A stretch of 62,000 nucleotides of DNA from Hyalangium minutum (GCF_000737315.1 NZ_JMCB01000001.1:20001-82000); one strand, 5' to 3'. Positions 1 through 10,252 are shown, counted from the first letter of the stretch. Notes: generated by a model from the letters alone, not told the origin. Translations and numbers: made by a program.

Positions 1-30
1 AACTGCGGAAGGGCAGAGGAGGCCGAGCTG

Positions 31-101
31 GACGACAAGGCTACCACGCGCGGGAGCCGTGGACGCCGAGGTTCCGGAAGATCTTTGCCAAGGCGGGAAT
101 A
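31..101 (+). pseudogene. Frameshifted remnant of an AHH (HNH/EndoVII-fold) nuclease toxin domain, myxobacterial SitA-like
   Basis: Reads DDKATTRG then, after a 1-nt shift at ~55, PWTPRFRKIFAKAGI. This resembles the ..RGGPWTPRF..IFAKAGM motif recalled from myxobacterial AHH toxins; the match does not continue downstream. Confidence 0.5.
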
Positions 102-152
102 CGGAAACGGCGCTCGACCGAGTTGGAGCGCTCTCGCCAAAAGCTCCGAGCG

Positions 153-178
153 GCGGGTTCGATTCCCGCCGCCTCCAC
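153..178 (+). other. Isolated tmRNA/tRNA-like 3' end (T-arm plus acceptor 3' strand); possible attachment-site relic
   Basis: GCGGG-TTCGATT-CCCGC-CGCCTCC-AC: perfect T-stem/loop plus an acceptor strand with U at position 70 (Ala/tmRNA identity). No matching 5' half or tmRNA body is visible upstream in the window. Confidence 0.55.
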
Positions 179-222
179 TGAGCCTCGTAGCGCCAGTGCC
201 TGGAGGTCAGTGCCAACGGCGC

Positions 223-1605
223 TCAGGCTCCGAAGGACTGCGTGAGGCGCGCAATGGCTCCGGGCAGGCCGCGCACGCGGAGCTTGCGCCCGCTCTCATC
301 GAAGGACTCGGAGAGCACCGTCGTGTGCTCGTACACCTCGCTGATGCGCGACTGGGAGGCGTAGGGGATCACCAGGTCCGCATCGACCATGGAGGCCGCG
401 AAGGCGCTCAGGATGCGCTCGCGCAGGAGCCCCACGTCCTCTGGCCGGTGCGCGGAGAGCAGCATCGCCTCCGGGTGGCGCGAGCGCAGCGCCTCTTGTG
501 CCGCCGCATCCAGCCGGTCCACCTTGTTGAAGAGCAGCTGGCTCGGGACGGCGTCCGCTCCGATCTCCCGCAGCACCGTGCGGGTGACCTCCAGCTGCGT
601 GTTCCAGGTGGGATCGGACGCATCCACCACGTACAGCAGCAGCGAAGCCTCGAGCGCCTCGTCGAGCGTGGAGCGGAAGGAGGCGACGAGATCATGCGGC
701 AGCTTCTGGATGAAGCCCACCGTGTCCGAGACGAGCACGCGCGGACGGCTCTCTGGCTGCAGGGCCCGCACCGTGGTGTCGAGGGTGGCGAAGAGCTGGT
801 CGGCCACCAGCACCTCACTGCCGGTCAGGGCGCGCATCAGCGAGGACTTGCCTGCGTTGGTGTAGCCGACCAGCGCCACGCGCAGCTGGTCGCGGCGCGC
901 GTAGCGGCGCTGGTCCTGGTCCTTCTGGATGGCGGCGAGCCCCTCGCGCAGCTCGGCGAGGCGGTCGCGAATCTTTCGGCGGTCGAGCTCCACGGCGGAG
1001 TCCCCGGAGCCGCGGCCCTGCTGCCGCTCCCTTCCTCCGGTGGACTCGCGCAGGCGGGGCGCGAGGTAGTTAAGCCGGGCGATCTCCACCTGCATGCGCG
1101 CCTCGTGGCTGCGCGCGTGCCGGTGGAAGATGTCCACGATGACGCCTGTGCGATCCAGCACCTGCGCCCCGGTGGCCTTCTCCAGGTTGCGCAGCTGGCT
1201 CGGGGAGAGCTCGTGGTCCACGACTACAATCGTGGGGCGCTGCGCCACCTCGCCTGGGGCGTCCTCCGCGGGCGGTGCGGCCTCCTCGTCTCCGGGCTCC
1301 TCGTGTGCTGCGTCCGCGGACTCCCAGCGCTCGCGCGCCTTCGATGTCCGCTCCTGCGCGCCGGATGCGATGACGCCGCTGCCGCCGGTGAGCTGCGCCA
1401 GCTCCTTGAGCTTGCCGGTGCCCAGCACCGTCCCGGAAGCCAGCCCCTCGCGGCGCTGGCTCACGGTGGCCACCGCGTCGTAGCCCAGGGTCTTTACCAG
1501 CCGGGCGAGTTCCGCGAGGTCTGCGGCGTGCTCCGCGTCCGAGACGTCGGGGAGTTGCACGCCGACGAGGACAGCAAGAGGACGGGCAGAGAGGGTCTTC
1601 GGCAT
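223..1605 (-). CDS. hflX: Ribosome-associated GTPase HflX
   Basis: VALVGYTNAGKSSL (G1), LFATLDTT (G2), DTVGF (G3), NKVD (G4); N-terminal HflX domain (LSPSQLRNLEK..DRTGVIVDIF). Start taken at MPKTL. Confidence 0.95.
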   Translation of the reverse strand: MPKTLSARPLAVLVGVQLPDVSDAEHAADLAELARLVKTLGYDAVATVSQRREGLASGTVLGTGKLKELAQLTGGSGVIASGAQERTSKARERWESADAAHEEPGDEEAAPPAEDAPGEVAQRPTIVVVDHELSPSQLRNLEKATGAQVLDRTGVIVDIFHRHARSHEARMQVEIARLNYLAPRLRESTGGRERQQGRGSGDSAVELDRRKIRDRLAELREGLAAIQKDQDQRRYARRDQLRVALVGYTNAGKSSLMRALTGSEVLVADQLFATLDTTVRALQPESRPRVLVSDTVGFIQKLPHDLVASFRSTLDEALEASLLLYVVDASDPTWNTQLEVTRTVLREIGADAVPSQLLFNKVDRLDAAAQEALRSRHPEAMLLSAHRPEDVGLLRERILSAFAASMVDADLVIPYASQSRISEVYEHTTVLSESFDESGRKLRVRGLPGAIARLTQSFGA

Positions 1606-1780
1606 GCAACTGCTCATACCACGCCGTTCCGCGTCAACGTGGTGGCGTCCGCGCCGCCCCCCGGTGCGTCCGAGGCCCTGCGCGACATCGAGGTGGACAA
1701 GCTCCGCCCATAGCGAGCCCTCGTCTGCCCCCTCGCTTGCGCGGGCACAGCCATCCGTTCGTGGCTATCTAAACGGTGTC

Positions 1781-2173
1781 ATGGATGGTGGCGCACCCGA
1801 ATCTCCGCTTTCGCTTCTCTGCCGCGGCTGCGGCCTGTGCTGCGATGGCAGCCTCTTCAGCCATGTCGGGCTAGAGCCCGAGGAAGTCGGCCAGCTCCAC
1901 GCACTGGGAATTCCCACGCGGACCCTTCGCAGCGGTACGGAGGTGCTTCCGCAGAGGTGCTCCGCGCTCAAGGGCCGCGACTGTGGGATCTACGCAGCCC
2001 GTCCGGCGAGCTGCGCTGCGTATCACTGCGTGCTCGCTGCCTCTCTCCTCGAGGACCGGGTCACCCTAGAGGAGGCACAGGCCATCGTGAAAAAGGCACA
2101 GCGCCTCATTGCGGACGGTCACGCCCGAAGATTTCTGCGACAACAGTTCCGCGGCCGCAAAGGGCTCGACTGA
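1781..2173 (+). CDS. YkgJ-family cysteine-cluster (Fe-S/zinc) protein
   Basis: CRGCGLCC ... C..L....CGIYAARPASC motifs. Confidence 0.8.
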   Translation: MDGGAPESPLSLLCRGCGLCCDGSLFSHVGLEPEEVGQLHALGIPTRTLRSGTEVLPQRCSALKGRDCGIYAARPASCAAYHCVLAASLLEDRVTLEEAQAIVKKAQRLIADGHARRFLRQQFRGRKGLD

Positions 2174-2230
2174 TCCTGCCTCGCCTCCGCCACCTGCTGA
2201 GCATCCCCAGTGACTCTGTCGGCGTGCTGC

Positions 2231-5200
2231 TCACGGGGTGACACGCTCCCGGCGGCGGCGACGCCCTGCCCAGGTGGCGAGGGCCGATAGCACGGCCAGC
2301 GCCGCGCCCGCGCCTCCACCGTCGGCCTGACAGCCGCAGCCGCTACTCGACTCCTCCCAGGCCTGAACGGTGACGTTGAACGAGCACTGCGCGGCGTTTC
2401 CGGCGGCGTCCGTCGCGGTGACGGTGACGCGGGTCTCCCCCTGAGGAAAGAGGGAGCCGGACTCCGGCGACGCGGTCACCGTCGGATTCGCGGTGATGAC
2501 GTCGGTCGCGGTGGCGGGGGGATACGACACCAGCGCCCCCGCCGGCCCCGTCGCCTCCACGACCAGGTCCACCGGGCAGGTGATGTCCGGAGGCGTCTGG
2601 TCGACCACGCCGAGCGTCACGGTGGCGACGTTGCTGTCCAGACCGCAGTCCCGCACCCGGAAGGTGAAGCTGTCCGGCCCCGAGTAGCCCGAGGCGGGCG
2701 TGTACGTGACGGAGGGCGGCGTACCGCTCAGCGTCCCGTGAGCTGGAGGGGTGACGATGACGAAGGTCAGCGGAGGTCCCGCCTCGGCATCCGTCGCCAC
2801 CAGCGACAGATTCACGGGCACACCGTACGGCGTGGAGCCCGTCAGGTCCTGCGCCACCGGCGCGGTGTTCTGCACCACCCTCACCATCCGCCCGCCGCCT
2901 ATCGCGTTGGCGAAGACGGAGAGCACATAGGCACCCGGCGTCGCGCTGGCGGGAATGGACACCGTCACGCCCGTGGCGGACATCTCGGTGCCCGGCAACG
3001 TCCAGAGCCGGCGCCCCTCGGACGCCTGCAACCGCACCAGCGGGAAGTTCGTCGCGGAGTCCCTGAAGTCTCCCATGCTGGCTCCGGAGATGCCCCGGAA
3101 CAGCGTCCCGGTGATGCGCGCAGGACAGGCGCTCACCATCTCGTCGAGTCCCGTCACCACCGAACGCCAAGCCGGCTGCCCCCCGGTGTCCTCGTACAGC
3201 TCAGCGCTTGACAGCCACACGCCCCCGGCGCCCTGCCCTCCCAGCGCGAGCACCTCGCTCGAGGGCAGCACGACGGTGTCGAAGCGCAGCCGCTGGGCAG
3301 CGAGGCCCGACACGGGCTTCCAGGTGTTCGTCGCGCCGTCGTACAGCTCCGCGGTGGCGAGCACCGTGCTCCCGGGCCCCTGCCCTCCCGCGACGAGGAC
3401 CCGGCCGGAGGGCAGCAGCGAGGCCGAATGGAGTGCGCGCGCGCCAGCCAGTGTCCCCGCCGGGGCCCAGGTGTTGGAGACCGGGTCATACACCTCAGCC
3501 GACGCCAGCGCCGTCGCGAGCGAGGTCCCCGCCACCGCCAGCACCCGGCCCGACGGCAGCAGCGTCAGGGTGAAGGAGGCCCGTGCCTGCGAGAGACCCG
3601 CAGCAGGGGCCCACGTGTTGGAGGCCGGGTCATACAGCTCCGCCGAGGCCAGCGGCACGCCCCCGTTCTCGCCACCCGCCACCAGGACCCGGCCGTCGTG
3701 CAGCAGCACGGCCGCGTGACGCAAGCGAGGCGTGGCGGCCGGCCCGGCAGAGCTCCACACGTTCGCAACCGGGTCATACAGCTCCGCCGTCCCCGTGCCC
3801 GCCCCCCCCACGACGAGCACCCGGCCCGAGCCAAGCACCGTCGCGGTGTGCCCATCCCTGGCGGTCGTCATCGAGCCTGCGGGCGTCCAGGTATCGGCCA
3901 CGGGATCGTACAGCTCCGCCGAGGCCAGTGGCCCCACGCCATTCTCACCTCCGACAGCGAGCACCCGGCCGGACGGCAGCAGGCGCAGCGTTGCGCGCTC
4001 GCGCGCGGTGGTCATGGAGGCGGCGGGAGCCCAGGCGTTGCTCGCGCGAGTGTAGCGCTCCGCCGTCCCGAGCACGCCACTCGCGCCCCGGCCTCCCGCG
4101 ACCAGCACCTCTCCCGACGGCAGCAGCACGGCCGCGGAGCCCCGGCCCTGCACGAGATTGCCGGCCGGAGCCCAGCGGTTGCTGGAGGACTCATAAAGCT
4201 CCACGTTCGCATAGAAGGTCAGGCTCGGGTTCGAGCTGTAGCCCCCCATGACGAGCACCTGACCGGTCGTCAGCAGGGTGGCGGTGGCATTGTCGCGAGC
4301 CACCGCCAGCGTACCGGCGGCGGCCCAGGTCCCCGTCGCAGGGTCATACAGCTCCGACACGGGCTGCGGGTTGCGCGCCCCGTCCGAGCCACCCTGGACC
4401 AGGACCTTGCCATTGGGCAGAAGAGTGGCCGTGTGCCCATTTCGCGGATGGATGAGCGCGCCGGTGGCTGTCCACGTGTTGGCCACCGGGTCATAGAGCT
4501 CCGCGTGGGTGGTGACCCCCGCGCTCGTGAAGCCTCCCGCGAAGAGGACACGGCCATCGGGGAGCATCGTCGCGGTCGCATAGTGCCGGGGAACCAGGGG
4601 AGGCGCCGCCAGCGACCAGGTCCCTGCGGCGGGGTCATAGAACTCCGCGACGGGCACCTCGCCCGAGACGTTGTTGAAGCCGCTGACCACCAGCACCCGG
4701 CCGTCCCTCAGCGAGGTGGCGGTGTGGGCCCGGCGGGCGACGGACATGGAGCCTGTGGCGGTGAAGGTGTTCGTCGCGGCGTCGTAGAGCTCTGCCGTGC
4801 TCAGGTTGGAGCCTCCCGCGACGAGCACCTGCCCCGAGGACAGGAGGGTGAGGGTGCTCAGGCTGCGAGGTGCGGACATCGCCCCCGTGGCGGACCAGGT
4901 GTTCGTCGCGGCGTCATGGAGGCGTGCCGACTGGCTGCCGTCCGTGACGATGAAAGCCTTCCCGGTGGGAAGCAGGACACCCGACATGATGTTGCCCTGG
5001 ATGCCGGGACTTCCGGCGGAGGCCCAGGTGCCGGTCTCAGGGTCGAAGCGCTCGGCGGCACTCACGAACCCGTTCCGGTTGACGCCGCCCGCCACCAGGA
5101 TGCTGCCATCGGGCAGGAGCAGCGAGACGTGCTGGGCCCTCGCGCCCGCCATGCTGGCCGTCGACGACCAGCCCGGGGCCGCCACCACGTCGGCGGCAAG

Positions 5201-5335
5201 CTCGGGGAAGGAGGCCCGCGCCAGGGAGACGGCCTCCGCCGAGGACGGCAGAGTGCCCTTCTCCTCGCATGCGAGGACGAAGACACCGCAGAGCACCACG
5301 AAGATGAGGCGGCCCGAGCTCCAACCTGATTGCAT
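2231..5335 (-). CDS. Kelch-repeat surface protein with Ig-like and HYR domains and MYXO-CTERM-type anchor
   Basis: Many H.A.LL..G.VLV.GG....AELYDP...W repeats; NTAPVA..F.Y.P..GYSG.DSFTF and PP.I.CP...VEATGP.GA.V.Y segments; C-terminal SGCGC + hydrophobic + RRRRR. Confidence 0.9.
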   Translation of the reverse strand: MQSGWSSGRLIFVVLCGVFVLACEEKGTLPSSAEAVSLARASFPELAADVVAAPGWSSTASMAGARAQHVSLLLPDGSILVAGGVNRNGFVSAAERFDPETGTWASAGSPGIQGNIMSGVLLPTGKAFIVTDGSQSARLHDAATNTWSATGAMSAPRSLSTLTLLSSGQVLVAGGSNLSTAELYDAATNTFTATGSMSVARRAHTATSLRDGRVLVVSGFNNVSGEVPVAEFYDPAAGTWSLAAPPLVPRHYATATMLPDGRVLFAGGFTSAGVTTHAELYDPVANTWTATGALIHPRNGHTATLLPNGKVLVQGGSDGARNPQPVSELYDPATGTWAAAGTLAVARDNATATLLTTGQVLVMGGYSSNPSLTFYANVELYESSSNRWAPAGNLVQGRGSAAVLLPSGEVLVAGGRGASGVLGTAERYTRASNAWAPAASMTTARERATLRLLPSGRVLAVGGENGVGPLASAELYDPVADTWTPAGSMTTARDGHTATVLGSGRVLVVGGAGTGTAELYDPVANVWSSAGPAATPRLRHAAVLLHDGRVLVAGGENGGVPLASAELYDPASNTWAPAAGLSQARASFTLTLLPSGRVLAVAGTSLATALASAEVYDPVSNTWAPAGTLAGARALHSASLLPSGRVLVAGGQGPGSTVLATAELYDGATNTWKPVSGLAAQRLRFDTVVLPSSEVLALGGQGAGGVWLSSAELYEDTGGQPAWRSVVTGLDEMVSACPARITGTLFRGISGASMGDFRDSATNFPLVRLQASEGRRLWTLPGTEMSATGVTVSIPASATPGAYVLSVFANAIGGGRMVRVVQNTAPVAQDLTGSTPYGVPVNLSLVATDAEAGPPLTFVIVTPPAHGTLSGTPPSVTYTPASGYSGPDSFTFRVRDCGLDSNVATVTLGVVDQTPPDITCPVDLVVEATGPAGALVSYPPATATDVITANPTVTASPESGSLFPQGETRVTVTATDAAGNAAQCSFNVTVQAWEESSSGCGCQADGGGAGAALAVLSALATWAGRRRRRERVTP

Positions 5336-5661
5336 TCGCCCTCCAGGCCCAGACCTGCGCCATGGGTTGACGCGCCGGGGGGCACGCCCCACGCGGAAGT
5401 CCTCCGCGTGTGACACAGCGTGTAGCACGCTCCGAGCGACTCCGGGTCCAGACTGACACGCTCCCCAGGCTGCTCCCGCCGGACTCGCTCCGGGGCACCA
5501 CGCTCAACCCGGAGGCACGTTTGGGGCCCCGTCTTCGTGGACTGGCCACGCTGCTGGAGGAGGCGAGTGACGAAATCCGCCGGCCACCGCGCATCGCGCG
5601 GACGGGTCGGGCATCTGACGGGCGCACGAAGGCGCGGGATTCAACCCTGGAGGACAACGGC

Positions 5662-6360
5662 ATGAAGATTGGAATTATTGGCGCGGGCTTGATTGGCGGG
5701 ACCCTGGCCCGGCGCTGGGTGCAGCTGGGGCATGACGTGTCCATCGCGAACTCGCGCGGGCCGGAGACGCTCAAGGACGTGGCGAAGGAGACGGGCGCGA
5801 AGGCCGTCACCGTCCAGGAGGCGGCCAAGGCGACCGACGTCATCGTGGTGACCATCCCCCAGAAGGCGGTGCCCGCGCTGCCCAAGGGCCTCTTCGCGAA
5901 CACGCCCAAGGACGCGGTGATCATCGACACGGGCAATTACTACCCCGTGCGCGACGGCCAGATTCAGGCGCTCGACAACGGCCAGGTGGAGAGCGAGTGG
6001 GTCGCGTCGCTCATCGGCCGTCCGGTCATCAAGGTCTTCAACAATATCTTCTTCAAGAGCCTGGGCGAGAATGGCAGGCCCCAGGGCACGCCGGGGCGCA
6101 TCGCGCTGCCGGTCGCGGGGGACTCGCCGGAGGCCAAGGCCAAGGTGCTCAAGTGGGTGGAGGAGCTGGGCTTCGACGCCATCGACGCTGGCAGCCTCGC
6201 CGACTCCTGGCGCCAGCAGCCCGGCACCCCCGTCTACACGCAGGACAGGGACGCCGCGGGCGTGAAGGCGGCCCTGGCCGAGGCAAAGCGCGAGCGCCTG
6301 CCGGAGTACCGCAACGCCGCCAACCAGTGGCTGAAGGACTTCCTCGCCAAGCAGGGCTGA
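5662..6360 (+). CDS. NADP-dependent oxidoreductase, F420-dependent NADP reductase family
   Basis: MKIGIIGAGLIGGTLA Rossmann motif; IIDTGNYYP, VIKVFNNI, GFDAIDAG.L..SWRQQPGTP. Confidence 0.9.
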   Translation: MKIGIIGAGLIGGTLARRWVQLGHDVSIANSRGPETLKDVAKETGAKAVTVQEAAKATDVIVVTIPQKAVPALPKGLFANTPKDAVIIDTGNYYPVRDGQIQALDNGQVESEWVASLIGRPVIKVFNNIFFKSLGENGRPQGTPGRIALPVAGDSPEAKAKVLKWVEELGFDAIDAGSLADSWRQQPGTPVYTQDRDAAGVKAALAEAKRERLPEYRNAANQWLKDFLAKQG

Positions 6361-6784
6361 GCGCTCACGCCAGCGGCTTGAGCACCGCGTAGTCGAATGG
6401 CGCGGCGGGCGGCATCGCGCAGGCCCACACGTCGAAGTCGAGTATGGCGCTCGTCGCGTTCCCACAGGGATTGACGTGGCCAGGGGACGCGATGGGGTGG
6501 CTGGGGGTGGCCTACGTCTGGAGGAGCCGCGCCTTCCCGGCGGAGCGCAGTCCTCGTGTTGCGTCTCCTCCAGCAGCGCCAGTGGTTCGCCGCGTCAGAG
6601 CAGCTCGAGGATGGCTCTGCCGCGGGTGGGCACCCCGCAGCCTGCGGAATCTTTGCATCAATTTCTACCTCGTCGGCTCCCTCCAGCAAGCGGGGCCCGC
6701 TCAGTCCAAAGGAATGGACTCGGGACACGCGGAACACCCACCCTTGCATGTCACACCCTGCCCCAGGGCAGAGGGAGGTCGAAA

Positions 6785-7360
6785 ATGAGGAAGTCCATCG
6801 CAGCCATGTTCACCCTGGCGATAGCGCTCATCTCCACGGGAGTCAGCGCCCAGACACTCCAGGCCAATCAGGCCCTGATGGCGGGCCAGCAGATCTACTC
6901 CTCGAATGGGAATTACAAGCTCGTCCTGCAGGCCAGTGACGGGAACCTGGTCGTGTATCGCGTCAGCACCAACGCCGTGATCTGGGCCACGAATGTCCTC
7001 GGCAGTGTCAGCAGCAACACGGGCGCGGTCATGCAGACTGACCGGAACTTTGTTGTTTATGGAGACATCACAAATCCTGCCAGCTATCGCTGGAATTCTG
7101 GGACGGGCGCTGCTGTCGTGGACACCGCCGCCTACCTCAAGCTGGGGGATGATGGCTCTTTGACCATCTATTCGGGTGCTGGGCTGAAGGTCTGGAGCAC
7201 GCCTGGGGAAGCGTGTCCTAACGGCGGCAGACTCGAATTGTATCCGGTGTGTGCTTACCCTGGGCCATTCCAACAAACCGTGCCGGTGCCTGCCTGCAAT
7301 TGGTCCGAGGCCGCCGCCTCTGCAGCCAGCATGAATGGCTACGTGGGGCCTTGCCGATAG
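6785..7360 (+). CDS. Secreted bulb-type (mannose-binding B-lectin) domain protein with Cys-containing tail
   Basis: GGGAGG RBS; signal peptide; QASDGNLVVY, MQTDRNFVVY and LGDDGSLTIY subdomain motifs. Confidence 0.85.
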   Translation: MRKSIAAMFTLAIALISTGVSAQTLQANQALMAGQQIYSSNGNYKLVLQASDGNLVVYRVSTNAVIWATNVLGSVSSNTGAVMQTDRNFVVYGDITNPASYRWNSGTGAAVVDTAAYLKLGDDGSLTIYSGAGLKVWSTPGEACPNGGRLELYPVCAYPGPFQQTVPVPACNWSEAAASAASMNGYVGPCR

Positions 7361-7621
7361 TCCCTCGATCTGCCCGGCGCCCACGCCGCGCCCCGGACCG
7401 CAGCAGCCTGTATGCCCGCAAAGGAATACTGGCTGCTCAAGGGGCGCAGCATCACTTGCATCAGAGTGCTGTCCCTGATTGATGCGGCCAGCGCAGCATC
7501 GCCTCGCAGCGCGCCTCGGCGGTGAGCTGACCGCCGGGCGCGCCGGATGAGGGCGCTAGACGGAGATCTCCTAATTGAAGATGTGGGAACTTGCTCCCTG
7601 CCCACTCTCAAGTCCCCGCTG

Positions 7622-9580
7622 TCAGTATTCCTGCTCGTAGACGAAGCGGAACTTCTGCTCCGTGAAGGGGCCGAACTTCACGTTCACGGTGGCATCCACG
7701 GACGTGGTGAACCGGGCCCGGTAGGTGAGCGCGGAGGGACAGGCCGGCTCGACAGCCGCGCGAGACACCTGGATGGGCGTGTTCGGGTTGGCCGGGTCGG
7801 ACACGGTGACCTCCACGTTCCGGTTCATGAAGAGGAAGTGGCTCCGCCAGGGAATCTGCATCCGGTTGAAGCCCTCGAAGGGAGAACTACTGGAGGCGAA
7901 GGTCACCTCGTAGTGCCCGTGATTCGTGTCGGCACGCGGACTGGAGTTGGCGCTCACCGAGGCGAGCACGGAGGTCGGCGTCACGGTGAGGGCATGCGCG
8001 CAGGCATGATCGAGCAGCGCGTTGTCGGACAGCGTGGCAAAGTCGAGTCGGCCGTTGGAGCCCACCGCCCCGAGCGTGGTGTCGAGCGGATTGCCCGCCA
8101 CATCCTTCAAGGACGTGAGGTCCAGGAAGTAGCCCGTGTTCCCGAGCAGCGGTAGCTGTCCGGAGGCCGCGGGGGTGATGGTGACCTTCAGCGTCCTCCC
8201 ATCCGTGGACCACTCGCCGGCGATCGTGCGGAACGAGTTGGGGCTGCCCGATTCAGCCAAGCGCACGCTGTTCACCGAGCGATCCATCGGCTCGTTGAAG
8301 CCGAAGGTGAAGATCTTCCGGAGGGCCGTGGCCGGAGTGCCCCCCGTCGCGTAGACCTCGACGGGATAGACATCGGTGGTGCCATCCAGAACGTTGGAGC
8401 TGGAGACGTAGGGCTTGAGGGTGTCCGCGGCCACAGTGAAGTTGAGCGAGCCGTCCCCCAGGTAGGGCGCCGGATCGAACGGGTTGCCCGCCCGGTCCTT
8501 GAAGCCCGAGAGATCCACCTTCATGGTGGCCGTGGGGCGCAGCTTGAACTGCACGTCATACGTGGCGACGAAGCCGTCCGAGGACCAGCTCGGCGTCAGC
8601 AGCGTGCGGGTGCTGCGCTCCACATCCACCAGCTCGGCCTTGCCCACGCCCTGGGCGGTATCCATGGGCTCGCTGAAGGTGATCACCACGAAGCGCGTGC
8701 TGTCGTACGGCACACTCGTAGCGGCCTCGCGCGGAGAGCCCTCGCGCACCGTGGGGCGGATGAGGTCCGGCCCCGTGCCGAAGTCCAGCTTGCCGTCCCC
8801 CAGGTAGGGCGCGCCATCAAACGCCTTCAGGTTGGCGTTGCGGAAGTTGTCCAGCCGCACCGAGTAGAGCCCGTTGTTGACGAGCGGGCTGGTGATGGGC
8901 GCCTTGAGGGACTGGTTGCCCACCCAGGTATAGGCCCCCAGGCTCAGGCCGCCGCCCGGCACCAATGTCCCCACAGTGATGTCCATGGGCTGGTTGAAGT
9001 TGAGGGTGATCTCGTTGGTGGCCAGGGCCACGCTGCTGGCGCCCTCCGCGGGGATGGAGGTGGACACGGCCGGCGCCACGCCATCGCTCACCGTGAAGGA
9101 GAAGCTGCGCACGCCCTGCATGGGGTTGCCGAACGCGTCCGCGAAGTTGGCGATGCTCACCATCAGCGTCTTCCGGAGCGGCAGCCCCTGAGGGAACGCG
9201 AACCGCACCGTATGCACGGTGGGGTCCCAGTCCTGAGGGCTGGCCACCAGCACGCCGTTGTTCGGCAGGCCCGTGCCGGGGATGAGCTGCAGGGTGCCTC
9301 GGTTGGGCTGCATCGCCTCGTTGAACGTCACCTCGACCATCGTCTCCGGAGGCACGCCCGTGGCGTCCTTCTCCGGCTGATGGGTGATGACGACCGGCGG
9401 CTGCAGATCCACCGGCCCGGCGTCCGGCGGCCCGGCATCCGGTGGGCCCGCGTCCGGCAGGGGAGGAGGCGGCTGGGTCCCCGCATCTGGGACAGGCGGG
9501 GGATCATCCCCTCCACAGCCCGTGGACAGTGCCAGGGCGTGGAAGGCGGCGCACAGAACGAAGATGGAGAGACGGCGCAT
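7622..9580 (-). CDS. Lipoprotein with repeated bacterial Ig-like (Big_5-type) domains
   Basis: Lipobox-like LSTGC; repeated P.V...P..GA..V......F.EPM units. Confidence 0.85.
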   Translation of the reverse strand: MRRLSIFVLCAAFHALALSTGCGGDDPPPVPDAGTQPPPPLPDAGPPDAGPPDAGPVDLQPPVVITHQPEKDATGVPPETMVEVTFNEAMQPNRGTLQLIPGTGLPNNGVLVASPQDWDPTVHTVRFAFPQGLPLRKTLMVSIANFADAFGNPMQGVRSFSFTVSDGVAPAVSTSIPAEGASSVALATNEITLNFNQPMDITVGTLVPGGGLSLGAYTWVGNQSLKAPITSPLVNNGLYSVRLDNFRNANLKAFDGAPYLGDGKLDFGTGPDLIRPTVREGSPREAATSVPYDSTRFVVITFSEPMDTAQGVGKAELVDVERSTRTLLTPSWSSDGFVATYDVQFKLRPTATMKVDLSGFKDRAGNPFDPAPYLGDGSLNFTVAADTLKPYVSSSNVLDGTTDVYPVEVYATGGTPATALRKIFTFGFNEPMDRSVNSVRLAESGSPNSFRTIAGEWSTDGRTLKVTITPAASGQLPLLGNTGYFLDLTSLKDVAGNPLDTTLGAVGSNGRLDFATLSDNALLDHACAHALTVTPTSVLASVSANSSPRADTNHGHYEVTFASSSSPFEGFNRMQIPWRSHFLFMNRNVEVTVSDPANPNTPIQVSRAAVEPACPSALTYRARFTTSVDATVNVKFGPFTEQKFRFVYEQEY

Positions 9581-9634
9581 GGGGGTAGCACTCCTCGCGA
9601 ACGGGCGGGGACGCTACCAGCAATGCCCCGCGCG

Positions 9635-10150
9635 TCAGAAGTAGGCCGCTGCGCCCACGGAGCCCGTGAGCGACGACTGCGTCTTCTCGTTGAGGGCGAT
9701 GTAGAAGTTGTACTGCCCTCTCAATCCCAGGCTCACCGTATCCGTGACGAAGAAGTCGAAGCCCAGGTTGGGCCCGAGCCCCACGTACTGCCCGGTGGCC
9801 CCCTCGCGGAAGACCAGCAGGTAGCTCAGGTCCGTGCCCGCGTAGGGCCGGAAGGACTCCTCCATGAAGAGGTAGCGGATGCCGATGGACGGCGCCAGCG
9901 CCACCACCCGCTTGCCCGTACCCGGGTCCCTCGGGAAGGAGAGCTTCGTCAGCGACACCAGGTCGAAGCCGCTCTCGATGTAGTAGCTGCCGTCGAACCC
10001 GACGAAGAAGCCACCTTCGAGGCCGGCGGTGCGTTTGAAGTCCATATAGCCCAGGGACAACCCCAGGCTTCGGTTGGCGAACTGCGCATGGGCGGGGGCA
10101 GCCCCGAAGAGGACTGCGGCAAGACCAAGGGCACAGAGGAGCGTACGCAT
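9635..10150 (-). CDS. Small outer-membrane beta-barrel protein
   Basis: Signal peptide MRTLLC..AHA; alternating beta-strand pattern; C-terminal AAYF. Confidence 0.75.
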   Translation of the reverse strand: MRTLLCALGLAAVLFGAAPAHAQFANRSLGLSLGYMDFKRTAGLEGGFFVGFDGSYYIESGFDLVSLTKLSFPRDPGTGKRVVALAPSIGIRYLFMEESFRPYAGTDLSYLLVFREGATGQYVGLGPNLGFDFFVTDTVSLGLRGQYNFYIALNEKTQSSLTGSVGAAAYF

Positions 10151-10252
10151 GGTGGCCGCGACTCTACCGGCGTAACCCATGGAAAACAGCTTGGATTTTG
10201 CATCATGGGGCCGTTGATCGTCCCACACTTCCTCCCCTACACTCGCGCCGCC

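Noticed and set aside
75-178. Intact tRNA (e.g. tRNA-Sec, since GGAAGATC occurs at 76) or complete tmRNA
   Set aside because: The 5' sequence cannot pair with the CGCCTCC acceptor strand, and there is no D/anticodon arm or typical tmRNA 3' body. Only the 3' fragment is supported.
85-1713. 542-aa plus-strand ORF and other long antisense ORFs (3428-5329, 12571-14733, 32067-33494, 42193-44259, 45076-47828)
   Set aside because: Shadow frames of GC-rich genes on the opposite strand, with no recognisable motifs.
6365-6510. Short minus-strand frame ending ..DFDVWACAMPPAAPFDYAVLKPLA as a gene
   Set aside because: An in-frame TAG lies shortly upstream, there is no good start or RBS, and no family is recognisable. 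It may be a remnant but is unsupported.
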